Shown here: one piece after another, positions 48,355 through 51,482 of the stretch | Position numbering within the stretch: the first letter of the stretch is position 1 | How the letters are laid out: each line of letters begins with the position of its first letter | Assembly (NCBI GenBank): GCA_022574495.1 | Contig: JACZRW010000002.1 | Coordinates: 1 to 51,482, forward strand | Direction of reading: 5' to 3' | DNA from: Patescibacteria group bacterium | GTDB taxonomy: Bacteria > Patescibacteriota > Microgenomatia > Woykebacterales > RBG-16-39-9b | Length of the DNA: 51,482 nt | Notes under the pieces: generated by a model | Databases searched by the model: none | What the model was told of the DNA's origin: nothing | What the model saw: the letters and a program-made list of their open reading frames with translations, nothing else | Program-made: the position numbers and the translations under genes

Positions 48355-49485
48355 CTAATTATTAGCTTTCTTTACCGCATTAGCTACAGAATTTACTAAA
48401 TTTTTATTGAATATTGACGGAATTATATTATTGGCGGTTGGATTTGGCACAAGGTCTGCAATTGCTAAAGCGGCGGTTATCTTCATATTATCATCAATTC
48501 TTTTAACTCGTCCTTCAAGAGCACCCTTAAAAATTCCTGGAAAAGCTAGGGCATTATTAACTTGATTTTCAAAATCGGATCTTCCGGTTGCTACCACAAC
48601 CGCCCCAGCCTTCTTTGCTTTGTCCGGCATAATCTCAGGATTTGGGTTGGAAAGTGCAAATATAATTGGTTTAGAATTCATTAACTTAATTAGCTTCGGA
48701 TCTATCTTACCCTTACCAGAAACCCCAACAAAGACATCCGCTTTCTCAAAAGCCTTTTCCAAACTACCCACTTCCAAATATTTTTTGGATTTTAAAACTT
48801 GCATTTTATATTTGTTTAGATCCTTTCTCTTAGAATTTATTGTCCCCTTGGAATCAACCATTATTAATTTCTTAGGCTTTATGAGTTTTGCCGTTGCGAT
48901 ACCGGCTGCACCAGCCCCAAAGATCACCACTTTGATATCCGACATATTCTTTTCGACAACTTTTAAAGCGTTTATCAACGCTGCTAGTACCACAATTGCT
49001 GTACCGTGCTGATCATCATGAAAAACAGGGATCTTAAGGTCTTGGAGTTTCTCCTCGATTTCAAAACATCGCGGTGCTGAAATATCCTCAAGGTTTATTC
49101 CGCCAAATCCAGGTGCAATGTTTTTGACTGTTGCAACAATTTCACCAACGTCTTTTGTAGCCAAAACTATGGGAAAAGCATCTATTCCCGCAAACTCTGA
49201 AAAAATCGCGCACTTACCCTCCATCACTGGTAAAGAAGCCGCGCCACCAATATTTCCTAATCCCAAAACCGAAGATCCATCAGAAACTACAGCTACCGAA
49301 TTTCCTTTTCCAGTATAAGCGTAGATACTACTGGGTCTCTTAGCAATTTCTTTACTTGGTTCTGCCACACCCGGTGTATAAAGTAGAGATAAATCTTTCT
49401 TAGTCTTTATTGATTTCTTCGAGGAAATCCTTAATTTTCCCTTTAATTCTCGGTGGAGCTTTAGAGATTTTTCGTAAACATCCAT
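48355..49485 (-). CDS. NAD(P)-dependent malic enzyme (short form)
   Basis: LSLLYTPGVAEP...VVSDGSSVLGLGNIG...PVMEGKCAIF...FGAGAAG. Confidence 0.88.
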   Translation of the reverse strand: MDVYEKSLKLHRELKGKLRISSKKSIKTKKDLSLLYTPGVAEPSKEIAKRPSSIYAYTGKGNSVAVVSDGSSVLGLGNIGGAASLPVMEGKCAIFSEFAGIDAFPIVLATKDVGEIVATVKNIAPGFGGINLEDISAPRCFEIEEKLQDLKIPVFHDDQHGTAIVVLAALINALKVVEKNMSDIKVVIFGAGAAGIATAKLIKPKKLIMVDSKGTINSKRKDLNKYKMQVLKSKKYLEVGSLEKAFEKADVFVGVSGKGKIDPKLIKLMNSKPIIFALSNPNPEIMPDKAKKAGAVVVATGRSDFENQVNNALAFPGIFKGALEGRVKRIDDNMKITAALAIADLVPNPTANNIIPSIFNKNLVNSVANAVKKANN

Positions 49486-49548
49486 AAAGTAATTATACCT
49501 ATTTTAGTTTATTAGTTAAAGAAAAAAACGTGCTAGTTATCACCATAA

Positions 49549-49577
49549 TTGATTACAAATTTAGACTAGTATATAGT
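49549..49577 (+). promoter_or_regulatory. promoter TTGATT-N17-TATAGT, 6 nt before the gnd ATG (leaderless geometry)
   Basis: Hexamers at 49549-49554 and 49572-49577. The ATG is at 49584. Confidence 0.55.
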
Positions 49578-49583
49578 GTAAAC

Positions 49584-50492
49584 ATGCAAATTGGATACTT
49601 CGGTTTAGGAAAAATGGGCTACAGCATGGTTCTTAGACTTTTGGAAAAGAATTACGACGTTGTTGCTTGTAATAGATCCCCAGAACCTATTAGAGAAGCA
49701 GAAAAAGCCGGGGCAAATACCGCCTATACCTGTAGTGAATTAGCAAAACATCTAAAACCTCCAAGATTAATTTGGATCATGGTTCCGGCAGGAAAGCCGG
49801 TGGATGACGTTATCTTTGGCGAAGGAAATCTAGCAAATCTATTAGAAAAGGGAGATACAATAATCGACGGCGGAAATTCTTTTTACAAAGATACGATTCG
49901 TCGGGGAAAGGAACTTGAGAAAAAAGGTATAGATTTTCTAGATGCTGGCGTTTCTGGCGGTCCTGGAGGTGCGCGAACCGGAGCCTCAATAATGGTTGGG
50001 GGAGACAAAGAAGTATACAATAAATTTGAACCGCTCTTTAAAGATCTAACCGTAAAGAAGGGTTATGGATACATGGGTCCTACCGGTGCAGGACATTTTG
50101 TAAAAATGGTTCACAATGGCATTGAGTATGGAATGATGCAGGCAATAGGAGAAGGGTTTGAAGTGATGAAAAAAGCACCCTTCAAACTGGATTTAAAAAA
50201 AGTCGCTGAAGTCTACAGCCATGGAACTGTAGTTGAATCTAAGCTAATTGATTGGCTCAAATCTGCTTACGCACAATATGGCGAGGATCTAGATGAAATT
50301 TCCGGGTCGGTTGCCCAAACCGGGGAAGGACTATGGACCATACAAACGGCTAAAGAACTAGGTGTTCCTGCACCTATAATTACAGAGTCCGTAAATTTTC
50401 GTAAAGAATCAGAGAAAAAACCTAGCTATACAGGTAAAGTACTATCCGCACTAAGAAATCAATTTGGCCATCACGAAGTAAAAAAGAAATAG
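49584..50492 (+). CDS. gnd: 6-phosphogluconate dehydrogenase (decarboxylating), short Gnd-like form
   Basis: MQIGYFGLGKMG Rossmann start...GAGHFVKMVHNGIEYG. Trimmed from the GTG in the ORF track to this ATG. Confidence 0.85.
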   Translation: MQIGYFGLGKMGYSMVLRLLEKNYDVVACNRSPEPIREAEKAGANTAYTCSELAKHLKPPRLIWIMVPAGKPVDDVIFGEGNLANLLEKGDTIIDGGNSFYKDTIRRGKELEKKGIDFLDAGVSGGPGGARTGASIMVGGDKEVYNKFEPLFKDLTVKKGYGYMGPTGAGHFVKMVHNGIEYGMMQAIGEGFEVMKKAPFKLDLKKVAEVYSHGTVVESKLIDWLKSAYAQYGEDLDEISGSVAQTGEGLWTIQTAKELGVPAPIITESVNFRKESEKKPSYTGKVLSALRNQFGHHEVKKK

Positions 50493-50643
50493 TTTTTATT
50501 ATTCTTCGAGAGAACCTATTCGACAAGCTCAAGATAAACTCCGCAAGTCGAGAAGTAACGTCATCCTCGACTTGATCAAGGATCAGATTCCCAGTCGAAC
50601 TGGGAATGACAACGGTTTCTCTACAAGCTCGAACAGTATTTAT

Positions 50644-51264
50644 ATGAAAATAATTGACATTTCTTTGACTCTCCATCCAGGTCTTGTTGTTTGGCAAGGC
50701 GATCAAAAAATTGAACTAGCTACAGAATCCACCGTCGAAAAAGATAAAATCATGGATTCTCGATTGAGTTTAGGAGCGCACAATGGAACCCACATCGATG
50801 CTCCTGCTCATTTTATAAAAGACGGATTTGGGGTGGACAAAATAGAACCCCAGAAATTGATTGGTGGATGTACAATAATTCAAATCGACTCAGATACCAT
50901 AACGGCCAACGTACTCCATGGTAAAAATTTCGAGTCTCGTGTCTTATTCAAAACCAAAAACTCCGAGAGAAAACTACTGGATGATCCGAATTTTCACACA
51001 GATTATGTTTATCTTACCGAAGATGGGGTAGAATACTTGATCGAAAAGGGTGTAATTTTGGTAGGAACTGATTATTTAGGCATTGAGAAAAAATCTGCTC
51101 CTGGACACCCAGTTCATACAAAACTTTTGGAAAAAGAAATTGTGATTGTTGAAGGATTAAATCTTGTAGATGTGCAACCAGGTAATTATGAACTAATCGT
51201 TTTACCCCTAAAACTCAAAGATCTCGACGGCTCCCCCGCAAGAGCTGTTTTGATTAAAAAATAA
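50644..51264 (+). CDS. cyclase-family protein (kynurenine formamidase-like)
   Basis: GAHNGTHIDAPAHF (HxGTHxDxPxH motif). Trimmed to MKIIDISL.... Confidence 0.8.
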   Translation: MKIIDISLTLHPGLVVWQGDQKIELATESTVEKDKIMDSRLSLGAHNGTHIDAPAHFIKDGFGVDKIEPQKLIGGCTIIQIDSDTITANVLHGKNFESRVLFKTKNSERKLLDDPNFHTDYVYLTEDGVEYLIEKGVILVGTDYLGIEKKSAPGHPVHTKLLEKEIVIVEGLNLVDVQPGNYELIVLPLKLKDLDGSPARAVLIKK

Positions 51265-51267
51265 TTA

Positions 51268-51482
51268 TTACTCAACTTTTACAATATTACCGAATTCAAG
51301 ATTAAAAATTTCATTTATCCTCACTCCAAAATTTAAATTTTGCCCTCCAATCAATATTAATGTAGAAATTGCCACTACCCTACCTTTATCATCAAATATA
51401 GGCCCTCCACTACTTCCGCCAGATATTGCGGCATCTATTTGGATGTAATTTGCTCCCTGATACTCTCTATCCAGAGCACTTA
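51268..51482 (-). CDS. trypsin-like serine protease (S1/HtrA-like), C-terminal part only; 5' end off-window
   Basis: Hand translation of the minus strand gives ...IQIDAAISGGSSGGPIFDDKGRVVAIST...VKVE*, which carries a GxSGGP catalytic-Ser motif. Confidence 0.7.
   Translation of the reverse strand, partial: SALDREYQGANYIQIDAAISGGSSGGPIFDDKGRVVAISTLILIGGQNLNFGVRINEIFNLEFGNIVKVE

Overview
AT-rich bacterial chromosome segment, about one third G+C in the 60-nt lines I counted. It is dominated by a minus-strand translation super-cluster. The order is rpsL-rpsG, a 4.4-kb insert, fusA-tuf-rpsJ, then rplC through rplQ (S10/spc/alpha clusters including secY-adk-map-infA-rpmJ and rpoA), then rplM-rpsI. 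Further left on the same strand are recA-recX-rny-ymdB-hup, miaA and a GH63-like hydrolase. Plus-strand genes include a CaCA exchanger and a P-type ATPase. The right end carries a malic enzyme, gnd, a cyclase-family gene and a truncated S1 protease. Two RNA genes are visible: a type-A RNase P RNA (minus strand) and tRNA-Pro(GGG). rpsE abuts rplO with no L30 gene. That, the composition and the many anchored hypothetical proteins fit a Patescibacteria/CPR-like genome using the standard genetic code. No CRISPR array, transposase, integrase or rRNA is visible. The main second-look items are listed here. (1) The str operon is split by a mosaic insert carrying a Hint (bacterial intein-like) surface protein, a strongly GC-rich foreign dehydrogenase gene, a GNAT gene and an orphan copy of the GNAT 3' end. 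(2) Short duplicated gene ends sit in intergenic spacers: a decoy copy of the rplC start, a triplicated rpsD 3' end with hairpins, and an orphan C-terminal membrane anchor. (3) A promoter-hairpin-terminator unit lies upstream of fusA. (4) A hairpin with an identical loop recurs after rnpB, rpmJ and rpsG. (5) At least twelve genes have a -10 box only 6-13 nt from the ATG and no SD, suggesting leaderless mRNAs. (6) A three-gene envelope cluster has two paralogous signal-anchors under purifying selection plus a zinc-ribbon/HExxH membrane protein. (7) An RDD-family gene is split by a +1 frame change at a homopolymer. All functional calls come from reading the translated ORFs and motifs by eye; no database search was possible.
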